This document shows, piece by piece, positions 33,621 to 43,975 of a stretch of DNA of 60,945 bases. Within the stretch, counting starts at the first letter, position 1. Every line of letters starts with the position of its first letter. The notes beneath the pieces are model-generated. The model did not search any database. It worked only from the letters and a program-made list of their open reading frames with translations, and was not told the DNA's origin. The position numbers and the translations under genes were made by a program. The stretch lies in the IMG/VR virus record IMGVR_UViG_3300045988_098825, positions 1 through 60,945 of that record; one strand, given 5' to 3'. The DNA is from a virus.

Positions 33621-36600
33621 ATGGCAGAGATAGATTCACTTGATATTAAAATAAAAGCAAGTGCAAAAGAGGCGGCAAATGCAATTGATAAGTTTTGTGT
33701 GAAATTGGGAGAACTTGATAAAAAATTGGGTTCAATTCAAAATCAAGATGCATTTAAGAAATTTGCAGATGCGGTAAAAGTGGCTAGTGCATCTATGAAC
33801 GGTATTTCCAAATCTGCACAGAACGCACAGGCTAAGACTGCACAGGCCATGGCAAAGGCGGGGAAAGCTGTACAGAATATTCAGAAACCAGCAGAACAGG
33901 CGAAAAAGAACATTTCCAGTATAGTAGAAGAAATGAATAAAAAGTTTTCTGCACTTACTCCAAATGTTGATTTTTCAAAAATTACGGCAGAAACCAATAA
34001 GTACGAAAAACAGCTTATGAATGCGCAGAACCAGTTACAACGCATCATGGCTACCAGTAGTGCAGATAAACAGGTCAAGAGCATTGAGAGATTGGTTGTT
34101 AAAATAAAAGAAGCGCAAAATGCTTTGGATTTGATTAAAAAACAGAAAATACAAAATGCTACGCCATTGCAAAGTCAAGAAGAACTTCTTAAATTGGCAC
34201 AGAGAGCAGTAATGTCTAAGAATACGGTTGATTCATCGGCATACGAAAAAGTTAGAGAAAGCATGTCAAACGTTGCTGATTTGTCAAAAGAAATGGCAGA
34301 CAATACGGCAAGATGGAACGCTTATCTAAAAGATACTACCACAGAAGCAACCACTTTTTCTGATGTCTTAAAAAACGTTAAGCCTTTGGAATTTTCTGGG
34401 AATTTCTACGAAATGGAAAAGTGGGTTGATGAACTAAATAAGAAACTCATCACTCTTTTAAATAAGCAGGAGAAACTATCTGACTTAGGTGCTAACATGA
34501 ATACACAGCGTATGCAGAGTATGACCTATGAGATTGAACAGCTTACAAAGACTCTTGATGTGTATGAAGCAAAGGTTGAAGAAGCACGTTCTAAAGGTCA
34601 GTTAGATTTGAAAGTGCCTAAGCTGAATGAAGTAACTGGACAGGTAACTTCACTAGGAGAAAAGCTATCAAATTTAAAAATAACCGTTCCTACTGACAAC
34701 ATGGAGAAGTTACAGAAGCAAATTGAGAAAATCAAGAAGCAATACAGTGATATGGTTGATTCTATTAACAAGAAATCACAGTCAATGCAGTTTTACGGTG
34801 CAAGTCTCGATTTTAAAAAGAAACAGGTAGAGCTAAAAGCATTACAGTCTGAATATGACAAGTTGATTCAGAAACAGAAAGAATTGTCTTTATCCGGGGG
34901 ATATAAGCTCAATACAAAAGGATTCCAAGAAAGCATAGGTGGAATAAAAAAAGCAGTTTCTTCTGTGCATTCTTCCTTAAACGGATTGAATAAAAAACTT
35001 AATAACATTGCTAAGAGAATGCTGTCAGTAGTTGCACCTACGAAAAAAGCAAGAGCGGCATTAAAAGGATTTGATGTTACCAATGTAGGACTTGCTAAGA
35101 GCTTGTTAAGAACTTCTAAAATGTTGAAGCTTATGATTGTCAGAATGGCTTTGCGTGGCGTTATTGACGGCGTTAAGACAGGTATGCAGAATCTTGTACA
35201 GTATTCGGACGAAGCAAACGCAAGCATGTCATTACTGGTTAATAGTCTTAATCAGTTAAAAAACAGTTTTGCGGCAGCGGTAAGTCCTGTACTAAACGTT
35301 TTTACACCAGCTATTAATGCAATTATACAGGCTTGCATATCCGCTACTAATGCAATTAATCAGCTTATATCTGCACTTACAGGTAGCGGAACATGGATAA
35401 AAGCTACTGTTCTTACAGATAATTTCGCAGAAAGTTTGAAGAAAGCAAGTAAAGCGGCTAAAACGCTTGCAATAGATGAGTTAAATATTAATAGTGGAGA
35501 TAGTGGCGCAGGAAGCGTTACTAATCCAAAGGACATGTTTGACACAGAAGAAGTTGAACAGAAATACATTGATCTTGCAGATAAAATAAAGAGTATATTT
35601 GAACGTCTATTTGAACCATTAAAACAATCATGGGATACAAACGGAAATTATGTATTTGATTCATGGAAAAAGGCTTTGGAAAGTATTGGAGAACTTGCAA
35701 AGTCTGTAGGAAGAGATTTTCTGGAAGTATGGCAACAGCCAGAAACGATAGAAATCTTTAATAATATTCTGCATATTATTGGCGATATAGGTCAATCAGT
35801 ATCTAACATTGCGGATAATTTTAGAAAAGCATGGGAAGAAAATAACACAGGATTACATATCTTAGAAAATATTAGAGATATCATAGGTGCTATTGTTTCT
35901 AATATCCATGATGCGGCAGAAGCTACAGTAACATGGTCATCAAAATTAGACTTTTCTCCCTTACTTGGCAGAATTGAAGAGTTTACAAAGTCACTTACTC
36001 CTGTATTTGATACATTATCTGGAATATTAACAGATTTTTATACAATGGTTTTATTGCCTTTAGGAAAATGGACACTTGAAAAAGGACTTCCAGACTTATT
36101 ACAAGTATTCATTGACTTTAACAACAAGGTTGACTGGGATTCTCTTAGAAATAATTTGCAGGAGTTCTGGAAACATTTAGAGCCATTTGCAGAAACGGTC
36201 GGCGAAGGACTTGTTATATTCATCAGAAGAATATCAGACACACTTGCAAACTTTTTGAACAGTGAAGCATTTGAGGGTTTCTTAAAATCTGTTGAAAATT
36301 GGATGGATAAAGTTAGTCCAGAAGATGTTGCTAACGGATTTGAAAAAATCGCAAAAGCTATCATTGATTTAAAAACTGCTTTAGTCGCATTAAAAGCCGC
36401 AAGTGCTGGAATAACAACATTATCTGCGATACTGAAAGTCGTAGAATTGTTTAAGGGGATTAATTTTAGCGGATTAGTAAGTGGAATAAGCTCACTTGGA
36501 ACTGCTTTTGTTGGATTTGCAACAGCAAACCCTGAAATATTAGTAGCTGCTTTCGATAAGATATCTCATATTTTTGAAGGCACAATTTTTGATCCAAATA

Positions 36601-37820
36601 CATGGACTGGAATTGCCGGAGAAGTAAGAGACGCAATAATGACTGTAATATATGCTATAGATGATGCAATAGGAAAAGCTATAGACGTTGTAAAAGAAAC
36701 ACTTCAGACAATATTCAACTGGGATGAAACACTTAGCCTTTTCGAACAAGCAAAAGAGAATTTTAAAAAAGGTGGCGTATACATATTAGAGGGAATCTTA
36801 GACGGATTTGCAGGGGCAATAGCATTTATCTTAGAACCAGTAAAAGACCTTTTTACAGCTATCTACAATGCAATCTGTGACGTATTCGGTATTCATTCCC
36901 CTGCTGAAACCATGAAGCCTTTAGGAGAGTACATCTTCTTAGGAATCATTGAGGGATTTACTTCTCTATTTGATACGTTTACAGAAAAAATCAACGAATT
37001 TTGGGAAAACTATGTTCTTCCATGGTTTACCGTCGAACAGTGGACTGAACTGCTGGGGAATATCTTAGTAGCGGCGCAGACCAAATGGGATGAAATAAAG
37101 GAATGGTGGGCTAATTCTGCTATTGTCACATGGTGGAATGATGACGTATTGCCATGGTTCTCATTAGATACATGGCTTACTTTGCTCAACAATATAAAAG
37201 AGTCTTTTTCTACAAAATTTGGAGAAACTATCACAAAATGGAAAACGGACATAAACACATGGTGGACTGTTAATGTTGCGCCATGGTTTACTAAACAAAG
37301 ATGGGACACTATGCTCACTAAAATCCCAGAATCTTTTAAAAATGCTTTTAAATTAGCTGCTAATGGTGCTATTGAATTTCTGAACGGTGTAATCAGTGGC
37401 GTAGAAAGCCTTGTTAATCATGCTATAGACGGATTAAAAAAGCTGGCAGAAGCGGCAAGCAAAATACCAGGGGTTAGCTTTAGTATTGATATACCCAATG
37501 TATCTCTTCCAAGAATCCCAAAATTTTCGACAGGTGGCTTCCCAGAGGACGGACTTTTCATGGCTAATCACAACGAACTTGTCGGAAAATTTTCAAATGG
37601 AAAGACAGCGGTTGCAAGTAATGAAATGATTGTGGCAGGAATTGAAGAAGCGGCATATAGAGGTTTCTCACGTGCGTATGAAGATAATAGCAGAGAAGCT
37701 AATTTATTGTCTGAAATATTAGATGCAGTCAGAGAGGGTAAAGAAATCTCTATTGACGGAAGAAGCCTTGTTTCCGCTGTAGAAGAAAGAAGCAATAGAA
37801 ACGGATTTAGTTTTGCATAA
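33621..37820 (+). CDS. tape measure protein
   Basis: 1399 aa, long helical/coiled regions, W-rich repeats near the C-terminus, position. Confidence 0.9.
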   Translation: MAEIDSLDIKIKASAKEAANAIDKFCVKLGELDKKLGSIQNQDAFKKFADAVKVASASMNGISKSAQNAQAKTAQAMAKAGKAVQNIQKPAEQAKKNISSIVEEMNKKFSALTPNVDFSKITAETNKYEKQLMNAQNQLQRIMATSSADKQVKSIERLVVKIKEAQNALDLIKKQKIQNATPLQSQEELLKLAQRAVMSKNTVDSSAYEKVRESMSNVADLSKEMADNTARWNAYLKDTTTEATTFSDVLKNVKPLEFSGNFYEMEKWVDELNKKLITLLNKQEKLSDLGANMNTQRMQSMTYEIEQLTKTLDVYEAKVEEARSKGQLDLKVPKLNEVTGQVTSLGEKLSNLKITVPTDNMEKLQKQIEKIKKQYSDMVDSINKKSQSMQFYGASLDFKKKQVELKALQSEYDKLIQKQKELSLSGGYKLNTKGFQESIGGIKKAVSSVHSSLNGLNKKLNNIAKRMLSVVAPTKKARAALKGFDVTNVGLAKSLLRTSKMLKLMIVRMALRGVIDGVKTGMQNLVQYSDEANASMSLLVNSLNQLKNSFAAAVSPVLNVFTPAINAIIQACISATNAINQLISALTGSGTWIKATVLTDNFAESLKKASKAAKTLAIDELNINSGDSGAGSVTNPKDMFDTEEVEQKYIDLADKIKSIFERLFEPLKQSWDTNGNYVFDSWKKALESIGELAKSVGRDFLEVWQQPETIEIFNNILHIIGDIGQSVSNIADNFRKAWEENNTGLHILENIRDIIGAIVSNIHDAAEATVTWSSKLDFSPLLGRIEEFTKSLTPVFDTLSGILTDFYTMVLLPLGKWTLEKGLPDLLQVFIDFNNKVDWDSLRNNLQEFWKHLEPFAETVGEGLVIFIRRISDTLANFLNSEAFEGFLKSVENWMDKVSPEDVANGFEKIAKAIIDLKTALVALKAASAGITTLSAILKVVELFKGINFSGLVSGISSLGTAFVGFATANPEILVAAFDKISHIFEGTIFDPNTWTGIAGEVRDAIMTVIYAIDDAIGKAIDVVKETLQTIFNWDETLSLFEQAKENFKKGGVYILEGILDGFAGAIAFILEPVKDLFTAIYNAICDVFGIHSPAETMKPLGEYIFLGIIEGFTSLFDTFTEKINEFWENYVLPWFTVEQWTELLGNILVAAQTKWDEIKEWWANSAIVTWWNDDVLPWFSLDTWLTLLNNIKESFSTKFGETITKWKTDINTWWTVNVAPWFTKQRWDTMLTKIPESFKNAFKLAANGAIEFLNGVISGVESLVNHAIDGLKKLAEAASKIPGVSFSIDIPNVSLPRIPKFSTGGFPEDGLFMANHNELVGKFSNGKTAVASNEMIVAGIEEAAYRGFSRAYEDNSREANLLSEILDAVREGKEISIDGRSLVSAVEERSNRNGFSFA

Positions 37821-37834
37821 ATTATGGTAAACTT

Positions 37835-37866
37835 TTGTAGAAATCTCCCTCTCAACATGATATAAT
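37835..37866 (+). promoter_or_regulatory. extended -10 promoter for the moron gene
   Basis: TGaTATAAT at 37858-37866, TTGTAG 20 nt upstream. Confidence 0.45.
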
Positions 37867-37894
37867 TGTCAAAAAAAGAGAGGGGGATATCTAC

Positions 37895-38539
37895 ATGGAT
37901 AACCAAAACACAGAAATGAAAACTTGTAAATACTGCATGACGCAGATACCAAAGAAAGCGAAAATATGCCCGAACTGCAAAAAGAAGCAGAGCCATACTG
38001 TACGGTGGGTAGTATTAGGGATTTTAGTATTTTTAATTCTTGTATCTTTATTTGGAGGTGGAAATAGTGAAACTACAAACAAAGATAAGAACCCACAAAA
38101 AGTAGACGAGGTTAAAACTTCAAAGGAAGAGACAACAGAAAAAGAAGAACCTGTTAGCAATATATTTAATGTGGGTGATGTTGTTGAAACAGAAAACATG
38201 AGAATTACTTTTATATCTGCTAAAGAATATGAAAGTGATAACCAGTTTTCACAACCTAAGGACGGATATACTTACTGGGAATTTTCTTTCAAGTTTGAAA
38301 ATATATCAGACCATGACCAGTCTGTATCATCAATGCTTAATTGGGAATGTTATGCTGATAATTCCAAATGCGATCAAACATGGCTAGGTGATGATAATGG
38401 GCTTGATGCAACATTGTCTAAGGGCAGAGAAACACAAGGAACTGTAATGTTTGAAGTGCCAAAAGACGCAAACAGCATAGAACTTGAATATGATGTAAAT
38501 TTCTGGAAAGAAGATAAGATAATATTTGTAGGGAAATAA
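37895..38539 (+). CDS. zinc-ribbon / TM / DUF4352-like extracytoplasmic-domain membrane protein (moron)
   Basis: CKYC..CPNC, TM stretch WVVLGILVFLILVSLF, beta-rich C-terminal domain; own promoter and terminator. Confidence 0.6.
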   Translation: MDNQNTEMKTCKYCMTQIPKKAKICPNCKKKQSHTVRWVVLGILVFLILVSLFGGGNSETTNKDKNPQKVDEVKTSKEETTEKEEPVSNIFNVGDVVETENMRITFISAKEYESDNQFSQPKDGYTYWEFSFKFENISDHDQSVSSMLNWECYADNSKCDQTWLGDDNGLDATLSKGRETQGTVMFEVPKDANSIELEYDVNFWKEDKIIFVGK

Positions 38540-38553
38540 ATAAGAAAATTAAG

Positions 38554-38581
38554 TAGGGCGGCACTTGACCGTCCTATTTTT
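38554..38581 (+). terminator. intrinsic terminator
   Basis: TAGGGCGG cacttga CCGTCCTA followed by TTTTT. Confidence 0.75.
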
Positions 38582-38697
38582 ATGCATAAAAAGTAGCGCT
38601 CATTTTTTAGCGCTATTTAAAATCGAATTATTAATTATGTAAGCGTAATACATTTCGCAATATACTTTGTAATAACAATAAACAGGGGGTTGACATA

Positions 38698-38997
38698 ATG
38701 GCAAAAGCAACACTTCCAACAAATTTTAAAGACGATATTTTGGATAAAAACATGGGTGGTCGGCGCAGATACCGAATGACTACCAATTCAGACGGAACGG
38801 TGACACTGGAAGATGTAACTACATATACGCAGGTCGGTGGAGAATTTAAAGCATCTAATATAAATGACACGAACACAGCTATCAATGCGGCGGCTGACAA
38901 GAATAAGATTCTGACTACACTGGATGATGTAAAAGCCTGTACACAGTCTGGTTACATGGTGGATTGCTTGGTAATAAAGGCAATGCTGGAGGGATAA
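38698..38997 (+). CDS. short paralogue of the fibre protein N-terminal module
   Basis: MAKATLPTNFKDDILDKNMGGRRRYRM.. matches MAKANLPVNFKDDILKENMNGKRRFNM.. at 43307. Confidence 0.55.
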   Translation: MAKATLPTNFKDDILDKNMGGRRRYRMTTNSDGTVTLEDVTTYTQVGGEFKASNINDTNTAINAAADKNKILTTLDDVKACTQSGYMVDCLVIKAMLEG

Positions 38998-39000
38998 GAT

Positions 39001-39387
39001 ATGTCAATGAGTTCATTCTTAAATGTCAATGGGTATGATTTTCCTTGCCCTGCTGTCGGCTTTTCATGGACGATATCTACAACAGTGAATGCAGGAAGAA
39101 ACGCAAACAATGCAGTTATCGGTCAGAGAGTCGGAAGAGATTTATACAAGCTGGATAATCTGAAATGGGTAGGACTTACGGTAGAGCAAAGACAGATGAT
39201 GTTAAAAGCAATAGAACCGTTCTATGTTCCTGTTACATTTGAGGATATGAAGAATCCAGGCAATCCGATTACAATTACCATGTACCCCGGAGACAGAAAA
39301 GGCGTGCCACTATTTGTTGACCGACTTACGCATATGATAACCAAAGACGAGACTTTATCATTTAACCTTATAGATTGTGGGTGGTAG
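39001..39387 (+). CDS. tail component in the distal-tail (Dit) position
   Basis: First conserved-order gene after the tape measure once the insert is ignored; only 128 aa. Confidence 0.4.
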   Translation: MSMSSFLNVNGYDFPCPAVGFSWTISTTVNAGRNANNAVIGQRVGRDLYKLDNLKWVGLTVEQRQMMLKAIEPFYVPVTFEDMKNPGNPITITMYPGDRKGVPLFVDRLTHMITKDETLSFNLIDCGW

Positions 39388-39389
39388 TT

Positions 39390-41639
39390 ATGCAGAACGT
39401 ATCAAAAGCCTATAAGCAGTCCATGAAAGGCATAGGGCGTAACAGGGGATATATAAAAGCGACAATCGGTGTAATTAATTCAAAGGCGCAGAAAAATGTT
39501 GCTGTAGATGATCGTACGGCGGTTACTTACTTTTCGGACGTGAGAAAGCCTTTTAATAATTACACGGTAGACAATGTATACGCAACAGCGGAGCAAGACT
39601 TTTCCAAGGTGGACGGCACAATGTACTTTCTTCCACCAAGGAACAACGACTATTACAATAATGGAATTGTGACAGCTAACATATTAGGTACTATCTATAT
39701 ATCCTTTTCTGGAATCACAGGACTTGATATAAAGGGATTAACAATAGACTGGGGAGAATATTACCCAGTTGATTTTACAGTCCAAAATGACAGCGTTACA
39801 CGCTCTTACAGAGATAATGATAAAAGCTACTGGGTGACGGAAGATGTATTCAATGGTACTTCTTACATCATCATTACACCTACAAAAATGGTAAATGGAC
39901 AGGGGAGACTAAGGATATATCAGTTTTACTGCGGTATCGTCAATGCATTTAGCAACAAGGAAGTAAAAAAATACAGCGGTAAACAGTATGTATCTTCCAT
40001 AACAGATACAATACCGTCTAACGATATATCATTGACGATAGATAATCAGAATCAATACTATTCCCCTGACAATCCAGACAGCGCACTTGCTTACATGGAA
40101 GTCGGACAGGAAGTAAAGATTCAGTTCGGATATGATGTTTTGGGAAATGGGCAAATTGAATGGCTACCAGAGGAAACAACCTACCTTCACACATGGTCGG
40201 CAACCGATACGGAAGCCAAGTTTACGGCAACAGACAGGTTCGATTACATGACAGGTAAGTACTACCGTGGACTTTACAGGGAAAACGGGATAAGCCTATA
40301 TGACCTTGCTATTGATGTGCTGAATGATGCAGGAATAACGGACGAAAGAGAATACTCAATAGACCCATATTTAAAGAATATCAAGGTACAGAATCCTATG
40401 CCAGCAGTAAAGCACAGTGAAGCATTACAGATTATTGCCAATGCAGGGCGGTGCGTATTGTTCGAGGATAGAAATAGTAAAATCCATATGCAAGCGTCAT
40501 TTATACCCGACATGACAGCAGAATCCAATGGAGAAACATCATACAGCCATGTATCTGATGTGCTGAACGGAGAGGACAAAGATTCTTATGCAATATGCAG
40601 TTCTGATTTTTCCAAAGTGGACGGAACTGTATTTTTTATGCCTGCTGACAGCAATTACTTAAAGACTGGTTATATCAGTTCACAGATAGCAGATGCAAGC
40701 GGAACTTTTGCAGAGAATCCAAAGATTACCATTAATCTTGAAGCGGCATTTGTAGCTTATGGATTGCAGGTAGAGTTTAGAAACGTTGCGCCAGAGCAGT
40801 TTAAGGTAACGACATATTACCAAGATTTAGAGGTGGACAGCTACACGGTAGAGCAGGGCGGGGAACTGGAACACACCACATTTGATCAATTTAATCTGTT
40901 TGACAAAATGGTGTTAGAATTTACCAAAGCACAGCCGAACAGCAGAATCACAGTAGATAATATCACTGTTGGGGATGTTACGGATTACCATATCACAAGA
41001 AATGACATGACAGCAAGTCCTACAGCAGTAAGACAAAATAAAATCAAGGCTATCAGCGTAATTAAGACACAATACCGTAAATCAAACGAGAATAAGGATA
41101 TCTCAACAGAAGAGATTACCATTAGTCCTGCTAACAATGTGCATACGGTATACTTCCAAAAGCCATGCTACGGACTGACAGCAGTAATTGATAACGGAAC
41201 AGATGACGGTGGAAATCCGATTCCAAGCACTATATCGGTACAGATTACAGACAGTAGCAGTTATTATGCCGCTCTACAGTTTAGCGGTATGACGGAAGAA
41301 ACGATTGTTAAGTATGTGATTAAAGGATATGAGTACGTTACCGAGGAAATCGGCTACACGGTCACGCATAATGACAATGGGGATATCAAGACATGGAAAA
41401 ATCCGTTAATCAGCACTACAGAATTAGCCAAAGACCTAGAGGAATGGCTTGCAAGCTATTATTTAGGAGATGTGGATTATCAGATCAAATGGCGTGGAGA
41501 CCCCAGGACAGATGCAAACGACTTGTATTATCTGGAATTAAAAGACCGTGGAGAAACGATGATAAGGACGTACCAAAATGAGATAACATTTAATGGCGCA
41601 TGGTCGGGAACAATGAAAGCAAGAAAGGCGGTGCTGTAA
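39390..41639 (+). CDS. tail tip / minor structural protein (Tal position)
   Basis: 750 aa, ATG 3 nt after the upstream TAG. Confidence 0.55.
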   Translation: MQNVSKAYKQSMKGIGRNRGYIKATIGVINSKAQKNVAVDDRTAVTYFSDVRKPFNNYTVDNVYATAEQDFSKVDGTMYFLPPRNNDYYNNGIVTANILGTIYISFSGITGLDIKGLTIDWGEYYPVDFTVQNDSVTRSYRDNDKSYWVTEDVFNGTSYIIITPTKMVNGQGRLRIYQFYCGIVNAFSNKEVKKYSGKQYVSSITDTIPSNDISLTIDNQNQYYSPDNPDSALAYMEVGQEVKIQFGYDVLGNGQIEWLPEETTYLHTWSATDTEAKFTATDRFDYMTGKYYRGLYRENGISLYDLAIDVLNDAGITDEREYSIDPYLKNIKVQNPMPAVKHSEALQIIANAGRCVLFEDRNSKIHMQASFIPDMTAESNGETSYSHVSDVLNGEDKDSYAICSSDFSKVDGTVFFMPADSNYLKTGYISSQIADASGTFAENPKITINLEAAFVAYGLQVEFRNVAPEQFKVTTYYQDLEVDSYTVEQGGELEHTTFDQFNLFDKMVLEFTKAQPNSRITVDNITVGDVTDYHITRNDMTASPTAVRQNKIKAISVIKTQYRKSNENKDISTEEITISPANNVHTVYFQKPCYGLTAVIDNGTDDGGNPIPSTISVQITDSSSYYAALQFSGMTEETIVKYVIKGYEYVTEEIGYTVTHNDNGDIKTWKNPLISTTELAKDLEEWLASYYLGDVDYQIKWRGDPRTDANDLYYLELKDRGETMIRTYQNEITFNGAWSGTMKARKAVL

Positions 41640-42230
41640 TTGGCAATAACTAAAGTAACAGCGGAGGTTGCTGATGATACAACCGATTTAAAACATAGCA
41701 ATTCAACATATACTGGAAGCCTTACAGCACCTAAAGAATCGGGTGATTATCCTGTTACGGTGTCTGCCTATGATGATGCAGGAAATGTAACCGTAGATAA
41801 AACAACTGTAGCGGAAGTAAGCTTATGGCATACTCCTAAGACTAATTGGACAATAAATGACCGATTCAATTATGTGGACTATAACCGTATTAAGAACAAT
41901 CTGACTTATCTGCATGAACTGGCACAGGAAGTATATAAGCAGTTTTCAATCGTGGATATGGGCGCAGATATTGAAGATTATACTGGATGGTTTACGGCGG
42001 CGGCTTTTAATGCTTTTGAAAGCAACCTTGAAACGATTAATAAGAACATATTCACACAGGACTACGGCGTATCACAAAGATTCTTTGATAACGGACAATT
42101 TATCAAATGGGATGAATTGAACCGTATAGAGTCGGCTACGTTGCAAATGAATGACCTTTTGGATAGACAGAAAGCCACTCTGCGGAAATTGCCATTCAGA
42201 CTGGGAGCATTTAGGGAGGTAAGAATATAA
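41640..42230 (+). CDS. Ig-like-domain tail fibre-associated protein
   Basis: TTG start abutting the upstream stop. N-terminus MAITKVTAEV parallels 42231; C-terminus ..RKLPFRLGAFREVRI. Confidence 0.5.
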   Translation: MAITKVTAEVADDTTDLKHSNSTYTGSLTAPKESGDYPVTVSAYDDAGNVTVDKTTVAEVSLWHTPKTNWTINDRFNYVDYNRIKNNLTYLHELAQEVYKQFSIVDMGADIEDYTGWFTAAAFNAFESNLETINKNIFTQDYGVSQRFFDNGQFIKWDELNRIESATLQMNDLLDRQKATLRKLPFRLGAFREVRI

Positions 42231-43142
42231 ATGGCTATATCAAGCGTACAAGCAACAATCAAAGGTACTACATACAATCTGACCCTGAATAGCTCTACTG
42301 GATTGTATGAAGCAAGTGTTACAGCACCAAGTACCAGTTCATACAATAATAACAGCGGTCATTATTTCCCTGTAACGATTAAGGCTACAGACAGTGCAGG
42401 AAACAGTACGACAATCAATGATACAAATGCAACACTTGGAAACAAACTGAAATTAAAAGTAAAAGAAACCACTGCACCAGCCATTGTAATTAGTTCACCT
42501 ACAGAAAGCCAAGTAACTAATAACACAAAGCCTATAGTTAATTTCACGGTTACAGATGCAGATAGCGGTGTTAATCCTAACAGTATCAGCATTACAGTTG
42601 ACAGTGGAAGTGCTGTGACAAGTGGAATTACTAAGACAGCAATAACAAATGGATATTCATGCTCTTATGCGATTCCTACGGTTCTTACAGACGGAAACCA
42701 CACTATCAAGGTAAATGCAAAGGACAATGACGGAAATGCCGCAACACAGCGTACAGTAACGTTTAAAGTGGACGCAACGCCACCAACATTATCCGTATCT
42801 GCACCGACTAATAATCTTGTTACCAATAACGCATCTTGCGTAGTAACAGGCAATACCAGTGATGTTACAACAGGAATTAAATCGGTTACAGTTAAGCTAA
42901 ATGGCGGTATGGCTACTGATGTCACAGTAGATTCAAGCGGTAATTTCAGCACAACTATTACTCTTGCAGAGGGAGCAAACACAATCGTTATTACTGCCAC
43001 AGATAACGGTGTTCTTTCTTCCAGCGTTACAAGGATTGTTACGTTAGATACATCTGCACCAGTTATCAATTCTGTAGAAATCAGTCCGAACCCAGTAAGC
43101 ACAGGAGAAGTATTTACAGTAACCGTTAAGGCTACAGACTAG
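42231..43142 (+). CDS. multi-Ig-like-repeat tail fibre/decoration protein, ends at an in-frame TAG
   Basis: Repeated ..T(A/V)TD..GN.. Ig-like units; the last unit is cut at VFTVTVKATD*. Confidence 0.6.
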   Translation: MAISSVQATIKGTTYNLTLNSSTGLYEASVTAPSTSSYNNNSGHYFPVTIKATDSAGNSTTINDTNATLGNKLKLKVKETTAPAIVISSPTESQVTNNTKPIVNFTVTDADSGVNPNSISITVDSGSAVTSGITKTAITNGYSCSYAIPTVLTDGNHTIKVNAKDNDGNAATQRTVTFKVDATPPTLSVSAPTNNLVTNNASCVVTGNTSDVTTGIKSVTVKLNGGMATDVTVDSSGNFSTTITLAEGANTIVITATDNGVLSSSVTRIVTLDTSAPVINSVEISPNPVSTGEVFTVTVKATD

Positions 43143-43151
43143 GAGTTGCTT

Positions 43152-43307
43152 ATGGGCGTAGTAATAACAAATGTTACAATTTCCAAGAATCCAGTAAATA
43201 CAAAGGAAGTATTTAAAATATCGGTTGCTGTCAAAGAGACAGTGACCGAACCTACAATGTATAGATTGCCCATGAGATTAGGACAAGAAAAGGGAGGTAT
43301 AAAATAA
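43152..43307 (+). CDS. 51-aa ORF in the same frame as 42231-43142; probable C-terminal extension
   Basis: VVITNVTISKNPVNTKEVFKISV repeats the preceding Ig unit; ends ..YRLPMRLGQEKGGIK, like the C-terminus of 41640-42230. Confidence 0.5.
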   Translation: MGVVITNVTISKNPVNTKEVFKISVAVKETVTEPTMYRLPMRLGQEKGGIK

Positions 43308-43924
43308 TGGCAAAGGCAAATTTACCTGTCAATTTTAAAGACGATATATTAAAAGAAAATATGAACGGCAAGCGTAGATTCAACATGATTCAGAACAGTG
43401 ACGGTACAGTCAGTTTTGATGATGTGACAGATTATACACAGGTCGGGAGCACATTCGGGGCGGCGCAGATTAATGCCACAAATGAAGCTGTAAATAATGC
43501 GGCAGATGCAAGCAAGATTATAGATGATCTGGACACGATAAAGGCAAATACCAAAGCAGGGTATATCGCTGGGGCATTGGCAGTTAAGGCATTAAGTAGT
43601 AATTTAGGTAATGTTAATGTTCCAAATGGTATGTATCTTGCTGTTACAGGAGGTCTGTCTTTTACATTGGAAAGCAAGGGAATCTCAAAAGAAATCATAT
43701 CTCATTTAAAATTTGTTGCTGGATATGTCGGAGATTTTTCGGGTCGAAACGAAGACGCCAAACAAGACAACTATAGACATTATGGAGCTATTGTAAGATA
43801 TAGTAATGGTATAGTTACGGCAGATCCATCCAACGGTTATATAGCCGTCATGGGCAGTGCTGGAGGTAGTAGTTCTGGATGGACACGTTTTAATTCTGTT
43901 TGCGCTGTGTTTCAATACATATAA
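43307..43924 (+). CDS. tail fibre / receptor-binding candidate
   Basis: Shared N-terminal module with 38698; distinct C-terminal domain. Confidence 0.5.
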   Translation: MAKANLPVNFKDDILKENMNGKRRFNMIQNSDGTVSFDDVTDYTQVGSTFGAAQINATNEAVNNAADASKIIDDLDTIKANTKAGYIAGALAVKALSSNLGNVNVPNGMYLAVTGGLSFTLESKGISKEIISHLKFVAGYVGDFSGRNEDAKQDNYRHYGAIVRYSNGIVTADPSNGYIAVMGSAGGSSSGWTRFNSVCAVFQYI

Positions 43925-43975
43925 CAATGTAATCTGTCCAATCAAAAAATTCCACTTTATTTGATTCCTTTAGAT

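Noticed and set aside
33881-37996. Numerous minus-strand ORFs of 60-140 aa inside the tape measure gene, and similar antisense ORFs in the portal, capsid, terL and fibre genes
   Set aside because: All are antisense to long, well-supported genes, are rich in Ser/Leu/Phe/Cys as expected from AT-rich antisense frames, and lack RBSs.
43140-43142. Genome-wide TAG reassignment with a suppressor tRNA in the RNA locus
   Set aside because: TAG ends several well-behaved genes directly before the next start (for example 39385-39387, 47056-47058, and the stop of 15200-15808). Large genes are intact in the standard code. I found no tRNA-like module with a U-CUA-R anticodon loop; the GCTAAG loop at 17739-17744 is only 6 nt and sits on a 6-bp stem.
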